A DNA stretch of 64,000 bases from a bacterium (GTDB lineage: Bacteria; J088; JAWLBW01), in the NCBI GenBank assembly GCA_041690355.1, contig JAWLHK010000004.1, positions 1 to 64,000 of the forward strand. Direction: 5' to 3'. The notes under the pieces were generated by a model. The model saw nothing but the letters and a program-made list of their open reading frames with translations, ran no database searches and had not been told where the DNA came from. Both the position numbers and the translations under genes were made by a program. Each line of letters begins with the position of its first letter. The first letter of the stretch is position 1. Shown here in pieces: positions 37,064-45,976 of this stretch.

Positions 37064-37813
37064 GTGTCTATGGCAGCCGGAACCGTGCATAGAATGCGCC
37101 TTGGCCTCATCCGCCGGAGTCCCGTCTTCGCCGCCGGCGGACTCGGCCTGGGGGGAGCCGTTTACGCGGGAACGGCCGCGACCACGTGGCTTCACTTCGG
37201 GCGAGAAAGGACCCGCGAACCGGACCTGCTGCTCGATGGGTTCATGCCCGCCTACGATCTGGAAGAACGGCATGCCGCGTGCATCGATGCGCCGGCCGAG
37301 GCGACCTGGCGCGCCGCACAGCACATCGACTTCAACGACTCGGCGCTCGCCCGCACGCTTTTCTTCGTGCGCACCCTCCCCACGCGGCTGCGCGGCCACG
37401 CAGCGGAACCGGAGCAACAACGGGAAGGATTTCTCGCGCAGGCCGAATCGCTCGGCTGGCGAAGGCTGGCCGAGATCCCGGGGCGGCGTCTCGTGATGGG
37501 CGCGGTGACCCAGCCGTGGAAAGGTGAGGTCGTTTTCCGCGGCCTTCCGCCGGAGGAGTTTGCGAAGTTTGCGGAACCCGGCTTCGTGAAAATCCTCTGG
37601 ACGTTCTCCGTCGAGCCGCGGGGCGCCGAGCGGAGCCTGTTCCACACCGAAACGCGGGCGGTCGCCACGGATGCGGAGGCGCGCCGCAGGTTCCGCCGCT
37701 ACTGGGCGTTCGTGGCGCCGGGCGTGAAGCTGATCCGGCTTGCTTCCCTGGCCCTCGTGCGCAGGGGTGCGATTGCCGCCGCCCACCCCGCGGCCCAACG
37801 GCCGATGGATTGA
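37064..37813 (+). CDS. DUF2867-like protein
   Basis: LLDGFMPAYD.EERH...TETRAVATD..ARRRFRRYW. Confidence 0.7.
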   Translation: MSMAAGTVHRMRLGLIRRSPVFAAGGLGLGGAVYAGTAATTWLHFGRERTREPDLLLDGFMPAYDLEERHAACIDAPAEATWRAAQHIDFNDSALARTLFFVRTLPTRLRGHAAEPEQQREGFLAQAESLGWRRLAEIPGRRLVMGAVTQPWKGEVVFRGLPPEEFAKFAEPGFVKILWTFSVEPRGAERSLFHTETRAVATDAEARRRFRRYWAFVAPGVKLIRLASLALVRRGAIAAAHPAAQRPMD

Positions 37814-37844
37814 GCGGAACGGCCGCTGCGGGCGAGGAAAGCGG

Positions 37845-38327
37845 CTACTTCTTCTCCGCCTCCAGCAGGTGTAGCTCCCAGGGGCCCATGCCGGTGAGCT
37901 GCATCTCGGTGTCCTCAACAATCCAGACATAGTGATGGCTCTTCGGCGGGTTCACGTAAAAGGCCCCCGCCGGAAACGAGGCCATGGACTTCTCTTCGAA
38001 GGTGTCGCCGAAGCCGACGCGGGCCAGCCCCGAGAGAATCGTGACGCGCTCTTCGCGGGGGTGCCAGTGGGCCTGGAGTCGCGCGCCGGCCGGAATTTTC
38101 AGGCGCATGGTGAACATCCCCGCTTTCTTCGGATGCCCTTCAAGCAGCATCATTTTGGTTCCGGCAGGAAGCGTCGCCGGGGCGTCGACCCAGGTTCCGC
38201 TGCCGCCCGTGAACTGAATCGTCCCCGCGGGGAGTACGGACGGCGAGTCGGCTTGGGCGGGGGCCGTCAGCAGCAGGGGGAATGCAAGAAAGGTGGCCGT
38301 CCGGAGGGCCGTTCGCAGGGGGCGCAT
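37845..38327 (-). CDS. Secreted cupin-domain protein
   Basis: Signal peptide AQA-D; HWHPREERVTILSG, HHY. Confidence 0.85.
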   Translation of the reverse strand: MRPLRTALRTATFLAFPLLLTAPAQADSPSVLPAGTIQFTGGSGTWVDAPATLPAGTKMMLLEGHPKKAGMFTMRLKIPAGARLQAHWHPREERVTILSGLARVGFGDTFEEKSMASFPAGAFYVNPPKSHHYVWIVEDTEMQLTGMGPWELHLLEAEKK

Positions 38328-38501
38328 CGCAATTCACCTCGAGAGAAGCGTTCGCCTGACAGTTTAACGCAGGGGGTGCGGAGCGCAAATCGGCGGCCAG
38401 CACGGGTCGCCCGGGACTCGCATCCCGGGAAACCACCAGCCGTCCCTCCGGGACTCCACTTGATGCGCGATTCGCGCGCGTGTGCCACCCACTTCCCCCG
38501 T

Positions 38502-38659
38502 CCCCTTCTCCCTCCATACGCAGTCCGCCCGGCGAACCGGTTGGAGGGAGAAGGGGGGTTCCGGGAGAACTGGTCCCCCTCCTCCTCCAACCCGCGCGGA
38601 ACCGGGAACTAGCACTGGCAATCCGCCGTGAGGCGCGTGCGTATGGAGGAGGAGGGGGA
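38502..38659. repeat. Inverted doublet of REP-like hairpins
   Basis: CCCCTTCTCCCTCCA...TGGAGGGAGAAGGGG and CCCCCTCCTCCTCCA...TGGAGGAGGAGGGGG, inverted relative to each other. Confidence 0.7.
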
Positions 38660-38781
38660 GAGCGTGCTTCGCGTCGGGTCACGGCCGGAGGGGGCGGTGG
38701 CGGGATCGTGCGCGCCCGGGGTCACGACCCCGGGCAGCCCCGCATTTGCGCCCTCATTCCCGCGCTGCTAGCCTGTGAGGC

Positions 38782-39303
38782 GTGAACCCACTCTCCCGCC
38801 GTGAGCTGCTGCAGCGCTCGATCGCCCTCGCCGGCCTGGCCGCGGGGAGCCGGCTCGCGGCCGCCTGCACACCCTCGGCTTCCGCGCCGCGAGAGACCTC
38901 GATGACGCCGTCCGCCTTCCGCACGCTGGAAGCCGCGGCAGAGGCCGTCGTGCCCACGGGGGGGCCCTACCCCCTCGGCGCCCGCGAAGTGGAAGCGGCG
39001 AAACGCATCGACGCCATGATGGCCACCGAAGATCCGGTCGCAGTCGAGCAGCTCGAAGGGGCGCTTACGGCGCTCGAATGGATCACCGTGTTCCGCTACG
39101 GCCGCCGCTACGCTTCGCTGCCGCTCGACAAGCGCATCGCGGCGCTCGAGGAATTGCTGGAATCCCGCTTCGCGCTGCTGCGGCGCGTGGGGGGCGGCGT
39201 GACCAAACTCGTCCTCTTCGCCACCTACAACGCCGACGCCATGTGGCCGCACCTCGGCTACGACGGTCCGTGGGTGCTGCGGGTGGAACCGGGGGCGCAG
39301 TGA
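38782..39303 (+). CDS. Gluconate 2-dehydrogenase subunit 3-like Tat protein
   Basis: SRRELL Tat motif, WPHLGYDGP. Confidence 0.8.
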   Translation: MNPLSRRELLQRSIALAGLAAGSRLAAACTPSASAPRETSMTPSAFRTLEAAAEAVVPTGGPYPLGAREVEAAKRIDAMMATEDPVAVEQLEGALTALEWITVFRYGRRYASLPLDKRIAALEELLESRFALLRRVGGGVTKLVLFATYNADAMWPHLGYDGPWVLRVEPGAQ

Positions 39304-40808
39304 GAATCGACGCCGCTACCCTCCCTTCGGATCCCGTGTGGACCGCCGACGTAGCCATCGTCGGCAGCGGGGCCTCGGGGGCCGTCTGGGCTGAACGCCT
39401 CTCGGCGCGCGGACTCGACGTGCTCGTGCTCGAAGAAGGGGGCCACTTCACGGCGCGCAACTTCACGCAGCGCGAAGACGAAATGTACCCGCTGCTCTAC
39501 CGCGACAGCGGGAGTCAACTGACCGAAGATGGCCGCATCAGCGTACTCCAGGGGCGCTGCGTCGGCGGATCGACCGTCGTCAACATGGCCGACGTCGAGC
39601 GCATTCCGCCCGAGATCTTCACCTACTGGCGCACGCTGACGGGGATCGCGGAGTTCGAGGAGAAAACCTTCGTCCCCTTCTTCGAGCGGAACGAGGCGGC
39701 CATCGGCGCGAACACCATCGACGCCGCCACGCTGAACCGCAACAACGACCTGCTGCGCCGGGGGACCGAAAAACTCGGCCACCGCGGCGGCCCCATGCGC
39801 CACAACCGCGTGAACTGCACGGGAAGCGGCTACTGCCTCATCGGCTGCGCCTACGATGCGAAACGATCCACGTTGGTGACCCTGATTCCCCAGGCCGAAG
39901 CGAACGGCGCGCGCATCGCCTCGGGCGCGCAGGTGGAACGGCTGATCGTGGAGGGCGGAGAAATCCGCGAGGTCACGGGGAACCGCGTCGATCCGCGGAC
40001 GAAGAAGACCGTGGGCACCTTCCGCGTGCGCGCGAAGACCGTCGTGCTCGCCGCCGGCGCCGTGCACACCCCGCTGATCCTGTTGCGCTCGGGGCTCGAC
40101 CAGGGCCCCGTGGGGAAGAATCTGTCGCTGCAGCCGCAGCTGCCGTTCATGGCCATCTTCGCCGACGAGGTGCGCCCCTTCCGCGGAATTCCTCAATCGT
40201 ATTTTCACGATGAATACGAAGTGCACTCCAAAGACCAGGGGTTGACCGGCTTCCGCATCGAGGGAATTTCAGGCGGACCGGGCATGAGCGCGCAGAGCCT
40301 CGTCGCCGTCGGCATGCGGCACAAGGAAGAGATTGCGAAGCTCCTGCGCACGGCCGCGTCGCTGGTACTCGTTCCCGACGAACCGGGGGGCGAGGTGCGC
40401 GTCGGCAAGGGGCGCAACCGGGCCGACATCCGCTATGCGCTGCAGCCGAAGTGGAAGGCCAATGCGCAGCGCGGGCTTCAGGTCGCCACCGAGGTCTACT
40501 TCGCCGCGGGCGCGCAGCAGGTCGTGATCCCGACGATCCCCGCGCTCGTGCTCAAGGACCCCGCGGAATTCCCCGCACAGATCGGATTCGACGTCGGAAG
40601 CGTCTCGACCATCTCGGCGCACCCCCAGGGAACCTGCCGCATCGGCACCGATCCGCGGAACTCCGTCGTCGACCCCGACGGCCGCCACCATCATGTGCGG
40701 AATCTGTACGTGATCGACGCCAGCCTTTTCCCCACCACGGCCTCGACGCACACCATGATCCCCATCATGGCCACGGCCGACTGGCTGGCGGAGAAGTTCC
40801 AGGGCTGA
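39300..40808 (+). CDS. GMC oxidoreductase
   Basis: GSGASG, GRCVGGSTVVN, SAHPQGTCRIG, VIDASLFPT; GTGA overlap. Confidence 0.9.
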   Translation: MRIDAATLPSDPVWTADVAIVGSGASGAVWAERLSARGLDVLVLEEGGHFTARNFTQREDEMYPLLYRDSGSQLTEDGRISVLQGRCVGGSTVVNMADVERIPPEIFTYWRTLTGIAEFEEKTFVPFFERNEAAIGANTIDAATLNRNNDLLRRGTEKLGHRGGPMRHNRVNCTGSGYCLIGCAYDAKRSTLVTLIPQAEANGARIASGAQVERLIVEGGEIREVTGNRVDPRTKKTVGTFRVRAKTVVLAAGAVHTPLILLRSGLDQGPVGKNLSLQPQLPFMAIFADEVRPFRGIPQSYFHDEYEVHSKDQGLTGFRIEGISGGPGMSAQSLVAVGMRHKEEIAKLLRTAASLVLVPDEPGGEVRVGKGRNRADIRYALQPKWKANAQRGLQVATEVYFAAGAQQVVIPTIPALVLKDPAEFPAQIGFDVGSVSTISAHPQGTCRIGTDPRNSVVDPDGRHHHVRNLYVIDASLFPTTASTHTMIPIMATADWLAEKFQG

Positions 40809-40864
40809 GCGGGCGGAGAGTTTTCCGCCCCCTGAGCGGAACCGCTGAGGCTCATCCGCGCCCG

Positions 40865-40910
40865 CATATACAAAATTGCAGATGCCGGACACGCGCCCGT
40901 CCGCTAGAAT
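40865..40910 (+). promoter_or_regulatory. Palindromic box copy 5 plus -10
   Basis: CATATACAAAATTGCAGATG (40865-40884), 20 nt, TAGAAT. Confidence 0.7.
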
Positions 40911-40982
40911 CCTTCGCAATGAGTGCGCCCCACCGGCGGGCGCGCCGCATTCGCGAACGTGTATTCGACCGGAGTGTTACCC

Positions 40983-41420
40983 ATGAAGTACCTTCTTGCG
41001 CTTCTCCTTTGCGCATCCCTGGCCATGGTCGCCCCCGCTGCCCAGGCGATGGCCGCCCCCGCCTACGTCCCCGTAACGCACGAAGCCGCTGACGCGCCGG
41101 AGCCTGTCGTGGCGCTGCTGCTTGAGCTGTTGCTGCCGGGTCTGGGAGCCATCTATCTTGGCGAGGTAGGCGGAGGTTTGTTGTTCATGGCGGTGATGGG
41201 GCTGGTTTGCATTCTCATCGCGCTAAACATCTCGGCGCTCTATCTGTCGGTGCTAGGCTGTGGAATTCGAATTCTGGCCCTCGTCCACGTATACAACAAG
41301 GCTGTCAAAAAACGAAATGAGGCGTTGAGCCCGCATGGCGAGCCCCAAAACCAACCGGGGGATGAGAACGCAAGCACCTTCGGGCTTCCAGGGCCGATGC
41401 CCGTGTCGTGGTCACTGTGA
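40983..41420 (+). CDS. TM2-like small membrane protein, paralog 1
   Basis: Signal peptide; PVVALLLELLLPGLGAIYLGE. Confidence 0.78.
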   Translation: MKYLLALLLCASLAMVAPAAQAMAAPAYVPVTHEAADAPEPVVALLLELLLPGLGAIYLGEVGGGLLFMAVMGLVCILIALNISALYLSVLGCGIRILALVHVYNKAVKKRNEALSPHGEPQNQPGDENASTFGLPGPMPVSWSL

Positions 41421-41549
41421 CGCTAGCGTGCGTTCTTGTCGACGCTCCACCGTTCCAATAAGAAAAATAGAACGCGATTCGCCGCATCCGCGCCCCGCAG
41501 GCGGGTGCGAAAGCATTCGTCAGTAAGCCTATCTTCGTGAGGGTTTCCC

Positions 41550-41984
41550 ATGAAATACCTGCTTGCACTGCTGCTCTGCGCATCCCTGGCAATGGTCGCC
41601 CCCGCTGCCCAGGCGATGGCCGCCCCTGCCTACGTTCCTGTCACGCACGAAGCCGACAGCGCTCCCGAGCCTGTCGTGGCGCTGCTGCTCGAACTGCTGC
41701 TGCCGGGTCTGGGGATGATCTACAACGGAGAGACCGGTACCGGTTTGCTCTACATGGGAATCTGGGCCCTGGTCTGCCTGCTCGCGATTTTCGGCACGAT
41801 CGACCCCTTCTGGGGGGCCGTACTATGCGGCATCCGCATCTTTGGCATCATCGCCGTGACTATCGATGCGCACAACATCAAGACTAAGGCGCTTCAACCG
41901 CACGACGATGAGCCCAAGGACGGCGAACAGAGCTCCGGCGCCCTCAGATTCCCAGGCCCGAAGCCCGTCTCCTGGGCCCTTTGA
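41550..41984 (+). CDS. TM2-like small membrane protein, paralog 2
   Basis: First ~55 aa almost identical to paralog 1. Confidence 0.8.
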   Translation: MKYLLALLLCASLAMVAPAAQAMAAPAYVPVTHEADSAPEPVVALLLELLLPGLGMIYNGETGTGLLYMGIWALVCLLAIFGTIDPFWGAVLCGIRIFGIIAVTIDAHNIKTKALQPHDDEPKDGEQSSGALRFPGPKPVSWAL

Positions 41985-42001
41985 AAGCAAGAATTATCCT
42001 C

Positions 42002-42403
42002 ATGAAACTGATTGTCTGTCTGCTGCTGTCCGCAGCCCTTCTGATCATCGCGCCCGCGCGGCACGCGCTGGCGAACCCTGCGACCCCCGTTTCGCATGAG
42101 GCGAAGAATGCCCCCGAACCAGCGCTCGCGTTGCTGCTCGAGATTCTGGTACCGGGACTCGGCCTGTTATATGCCAAGTCCACGCCGCAGGGGATCCTGG
42201 TCATGGTTCTGGGCTGTCTGGGCACGCTGCTCTACTGGGCCGGCGCCTTGAACTCGACTGCATGCATCTTTCTCGGCATCCTGCGCATCGCGGCCATCAT
42301 CGCCGCCCCGATCCACGCCAGCAAGAAGAAGCGCGAGATGGAGGCCGAGCACTCGCTGGCGACGCCACTCGAACGCCCGATACCCGTCTCGTTCGGGTAC
42401 TGA
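42002..42403 (+). CDS. TM2-like small membrane protein, paralog 3
   Basis: PVSHEA..APEPALALLLEILVPGLGLLY...CI.LGILRI...PIPVSF. Confidence 0.75.
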   Translation: MKLIVCLLLSAALLIIAPARHALANPATPVSHEAKNAPEPALALLLEILVPGLGLLYAKSTPQGILVMVLGCLGTLLYWAGALNSTACIFLGILRIAAIIAAPIHASKKKREMEAEHSLATPLERPIPVSFGY

Positions 42404-42499
42404 GCGAACCTCGCCGCCAGGGCTTGAATCAGGGGCGTCACAGGATGGAAAGCCATCCCTGTGGCGCCCTTATATTTCCGGGAAGATCGCTTACCGCTC

Positions 42500-42715
42500 A
42501 CCGTTTCTCGGAGCTCACGCCGAGCGGCAGGATGAAAGGTGAGACTGCTGCTCACCCGAGGAGATCCTGCAACTCCTCGAAGACCTCGTCGGCCGGTATC
42601 GGATGCGCCTCACCTGTGCGAAGCTGCTCCGCGCGCCGGCCGGCCTCCACTACCCATGCGTGTTCCAGACCGGGGTCTTCATCCCAGCTGGCTAGGTGGG
42701 CGTACAATTTGCCGC
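42500..42715 (-). pseudogene. Addiction-module remnant: antitoxin C-terminal half plus RelE/ParE toxin N-terminal stub
   Basis: EHAWVVEAGRRAEQLRTGEAHPIPADEVFEEL stop, overlapping GTG MSSSLTFHPAARRELRE, then similarity is lost. Confidence 0.7.
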
Positions 42716-42742
42716 TCCTTCTGTGAGCAAATGAATACGTGC

Positions 42743-43852
42743 TCAGGGGTTCAGCACGCATCCGCCGACCACCTCGCCGTTCCACTTGGCGCGCATGGCG
42801 GCGCGGAAGTCGTCGAGGGGAAAGCGGTGTGAAACATGCGGTCGGATTCTTCCCTCTTCTACCCACTGGAGGATCCGGCGGAAACGCGGCGGGCGGATGG
42901 ATGGATCGTTGACGGTGGAGATGACCGTCGGGCAGCCGAGCACGTCGAGCCCCTTCATCATGATCAGGTTCGTGGGGAGCTGGTTGGCGTTCGGCGCGCC
43001 GCGGCCCCCCTTCCCTTTCGCGACGTCGGGAGTCGCCGCCCAGCCCACGATCAAGTAACGCGCGCCGAAGCGCACGCAGCGCAGGCTCTCGACGGAGATG
43101 TCGCCGCCGACGCCGTCGTAAACCACATCGACGCCGCGGCCGCCGGTGATCGCTTTGACGGCATCGCGGAGGTTCGCGGTCTTCGTGTTGACGACGTGAT
43201 CGGCCCCCTGCGCCTTCACGACGGCAAGCTTCTCGTCGGAGCGCCCGGTCGCGATGACGGTGGCGCCGAGGATCTTCGCCACGTGCAAGGCCGCCAGGCC
43301 GGTGGAACCCGAGGCGCCGTGGATGAGCACCGTCTCGCCGGTCTGCACGTTGCCGCGCGCGACGAGGCAGTGGTACGCGGTTTCGTAGTTCCCCAGCAGG
43401 TTGCAGGCCTCGTCGAAGGAGAGATCGCCGGGAATGCGGTGCACGGCTTCGGCGGGGGCCACCGCGTGCGTCGCAAAGCCGCCCCAGGCCTGATAGGCGC
43501 CGCCGGAACGAGGACCCGCGAGGAAGCCGTCGACCAGCACGCGGTCGCCCACGGCCAGCTTTTCCGCCTGCACATCGGGTCCCACCCACTCGACGATACC
43601 GCTGTACTCGAGCCCCGGCGTGTACGGCGGCTTCGGCATGTGCTGGTACTGCCCGCTCGTCATGAGCAGGTCGACCCAGCCGACCGAGGCGCTGCGGATG
43701 GCGATGAGAACATCGCGCGGACCCAGCGTCGCCGGATCGGGAAGCGCCATGTCTTCCAGGCGGACGCAGGACTCGATGGCCTCGGGGGGACTCTCGGCGA
43801 ATTCGGTGACGACGACGCGTCGGGCAGGAATGATGTCAGGCATGCCCGACAT
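42743..43852 (-). CDS. NADPH:quinone oxidoreductase (MDR family)
   Basis: PYTPGLEYSG, HGASGSTG, GVDVVYDGVG. Confidence 0.9.
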   Translation of the reverse strand: MSGMPDIIPARRVVVTEFAESPPEAIESCVRLEDMALPDPATLGPRDVLIAIRSASVGWVDLLMTSGQYQHMPKPPYTPGLEYSGIVEWVGPDVQAEKLAVGDRVLVDGFLAGPRSGGAYQAWGGFATHAVAPAEAVHRIPGDLSFDEACNLLGNYETAYHCLVARGNVQTGETVLIHGASGSTGLAALHVAKILGATVIATGRSDEKLAVVKAQGADHVVNTKTANLRDAVKAITGGRGVDVVYDGVGGDISVESLRCVRFGARYLIVGWAATPDVAKGKGGRGAPNANQLPTNLIMMKGLDVLGCPTVISTVNDPSIRPPRFRRILQWVEEGRIRPHVSHRFPLDDFRAAMRAKWNGEVVGGCVLNP

Positions 43853-43893
43853 CGTATTCCGCCTTCCGCACGAGAGCAAATCCGGAGCGACGG

Positions 43894-44025
43894 TCAGCGG
43901 CCCGTCTGCGGATGGCAGGTGCACCAGTTTTCAGGGGGAACCGAAGCCTTGACGGCCGCGATGTGCAGGCCGCATCCGGCCCAGGTGGTCTTGCCGCACT
44001 GCTCACAGGCTACGGGATAACACAT
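43894..44025 (-). CDS. 43-aa Cys/His small protein, probable Zn-binding; not in the ORF track
   Basis: MCYPVACEQCGKTTWAGCGLHIAAVKASVPPENWCTCHPQTGR; AGAGGA RBS. Confidence 0.8.
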   Translation of the reverse strand: MCYPVACEQCGKTTWAGCGLHIAAVKASVPPENWCTCHPQTGR

Positions 44026-44333
44026 GGTGCATTCCTCTGGATGAAAGGCATCCGGTGTTCAGGATGCCCACTACAGAGTAACCTCTCCCGCCGATTTGTC
44101 CCAGTCGTCAAGGGCGCGCCGTGGAAGCGATCTTCTCGGCGTGACCATCCCCTCCTTGCTCTCTCCCTTGGGAGGTCGGGAGAGAGCAAGGCCCAACCCG
44201 GAACGCCGAAGCCGGTGCCCCCGCGACAGTACAGACCGCAGTGACCCCGGGGAGATCTTCGTAACGTCCGGAGCATCGTATCCTGCCTCACCACGGATGG
44301 GAATAAAGAATTCTTTACAAGCCGCCGACCGAC

Positions 44334-44912
44334 TCATGCGCGCATCCGCTCAGCCCGCCGTTTGGCCGCCCGCAGCATCCGCTTCGAAACGAAGTTGCCC
44401 GTCGGGCGGATGACGCGCCAGTAGCGCGCGAACTTACGCTCTGCGTCCGGCCCGAGCGCCCAGGTCCAGTGCTCGAGCACGAGCCGGCTCTTTCCGGGCC
44501 CGGCCGGTTCGGCGTGCAGGCGGATGAAAAGCTTCTCGTATTCCGGATCGCGAAACGCCTCGAACTCCTCGCGGGTCCGGAACGGGACCGGCTCCTGATC
44601 GACGACCTGGTGCCACTTGCCGGCCGAAGCGGTCACCATTTCTTCGGGCGTGTGCTTGAGTACCAGGGTTCCGCTCTGTTCGAGCTGATGCAGGAAAGGG
44701 ACATTCTTCTGCGGTGAAGCAGGCGGTTTGCCCAGCAGGCGCCCCGGCAGATAGCGCACCTCGCCCATCCAGCGGGCGAGCGGCATGTCGCCGAGCGTCA
44801 CCGAACGGACGGCGGCAAGCGCCCGTTCGGGGCTGGCCCGCACGGTCACCGCCACCGATGCGCGGAACTGCGCGCCCGAGGCGTACGCGGACAAGGATGC
44901 ACATTCGTCCAT
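44334..44912 (-). CDS. DUF2867-like protein, related to 37064
   Basis: AERKFARYWRVIRP; GGGAG RBS. Confidence 0.7.
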   Translation of the reverse strand: MDECASLSAYASGAQFRASVAVTVRASPERALAAVRSVTLGDMPLARWMGEVRYLPGRLLGKPPASPQKNVPFLHQLEQSGTLVLKHTPEEMVTASAGKWHQVVDQEPVPFRTREEFEAFRDPEYEKLFIRLHAEPAGPGKSRLVLEHWTWALGPDAERKFARYWRVIRPTGNFVSKRMLRAAKRRAERMRA

Positions 44913-44964
44913 CGCTCCCCATCATCGCCTCATCGCAGTTCCGACGGAACCCCGGGGGCCCGCC

Positions 44965-45060
44965 CGTCAGGCCGCCGTTGAGCGCCGTGAAGGGCATGCC
45001 GTTCAATTCGAACTCGACGACCCAGAGGCAGGGAACCATGCGGGGAGACGGGTCAGCCAT
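44965..45060 (-). pseudogene. VOC/PhnB-like gene remnant with an internal deletion
   Basis: MVPCLW fused directly to VVEFELNGMPFTALNGG; GGAGG RBS retained. Confidence 0.7.
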
Positions 45061-45064
45061 GCGA

Positions 45065-45751
45065 TTACCCTCCTGTGTATTTTCGTGCGAAACGCTCGGT
45101 GGCCGGTGGCTCGGGAAGCACGCGGTCGACGAAGAAGGCAGAAACGGTGCGGGCCAGCCGGCGATGGTCTCTCTCGGTAATCCGATGCGGGAGGCGTCCG
45201 CCGATCCAGAGTACCGATAGCCCGTGTACGATCGACCAGGCCGAGACAGCGATGAGCTCAGCTTCACTCCGCCGCGCGAATCCGGCGGTCACGCACTCGG
45301 CGACCACGGCCCGCAGCATGCCATAGGCCGTGTCGCTCGCCGCACGCAGCCCGGGGTCGTCTTCAATCAGCGCGTCCATGCGGAACATGAGGCCGAACGG
45401 TTCGGGGTTCGCGACCGCGAATCGTACGTACCCTTCGCCCACCGCCTGAAGGCGGCGTCGCGGATCGGACGGTGGAACTCTCTGCAGCGCCGCGGCGATG
45501 GAGGCGCCGAGCTGTGCGAAGCCCCGTGCGGCAAACGCCGTCAGCAGATGCGCCTTCGATGGGAAGTGGTGAGCCGGGGCCGCATGCGAAACCCCGGCTC
45601 GCCGGGCCACTTCGCGCAAGGTGACCCCCTCGATCCCCCGCTCGCACAGCGTTGCTCCGGTGGCCTCGAGCAGAGCGGTCCGCAGGTCACCGTGGTGGTA
45701 ACGGCCCGACTCGCCAACAGCATCCGCATTCAGCTCCGAAACCGGTCGCAT
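45065..45751 (-). CDS. TetR/AcrR regulator (WHG-type)
   Basis: YHHGDLR...TLREVARRAGVSHAAPAHHF...AWSIVHG. Confidence 0.92.
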   Translation of the reverse strand: MRPVSELNADAVGESGRYHHGDLRTALLEATGATLCERGIEGVTLREVARRAGVSHAAPAHHFPSKAHLLTAFAARGFAQLGASIAAALQRVPPSDPRRRLQAVGEGYVRFAVANPEPFGLMFRMDALIEDDPGLRAASDTAYGMLRAVVAECVTAGFARRSEAELIAVSAWSIVHGLSVLWIGGRLPHRITERDHRRLARTVSAFFVDRVLPEPPATERFARKYTGG

Positions 45752-45771
45752 AGCTCATCCTACGTCCGAAA

Positions 45772-45786
45772 CTTGACATCGTCAAG
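45772..45786. promoter_or_regulatory. Probable TetR operator
   Basis: CTTGAC-ATC-GTCAAG palindrome 20 nt upstream of the tetR start. Confidence 0.65.
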
Positions 45787-45976
45787 ATCCCCCTTCGTGT
45801 CGGGTGGCAGGACAAGGGGGCGGCGTATCCCGTAACGGAACGGAACACTTTTTCCTCACTACGCAAATCCGCTTGAAAAGCGGGCGGGAAGCGGTTGCCG
45901 CGGCTCGCTGCCGCTGTTACACTTAGCGATTCTGTTCTCTGAGAGTTTTCCCCCTTGCGTTACCCCTTCTGACATT

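Noticed and set aside
44030-44330. Riboswitch in a hairpin-rich intergenic region
   Set aside because: Hairpins are present but I recognise no aptamer consensus; an Rfam scan would settle it
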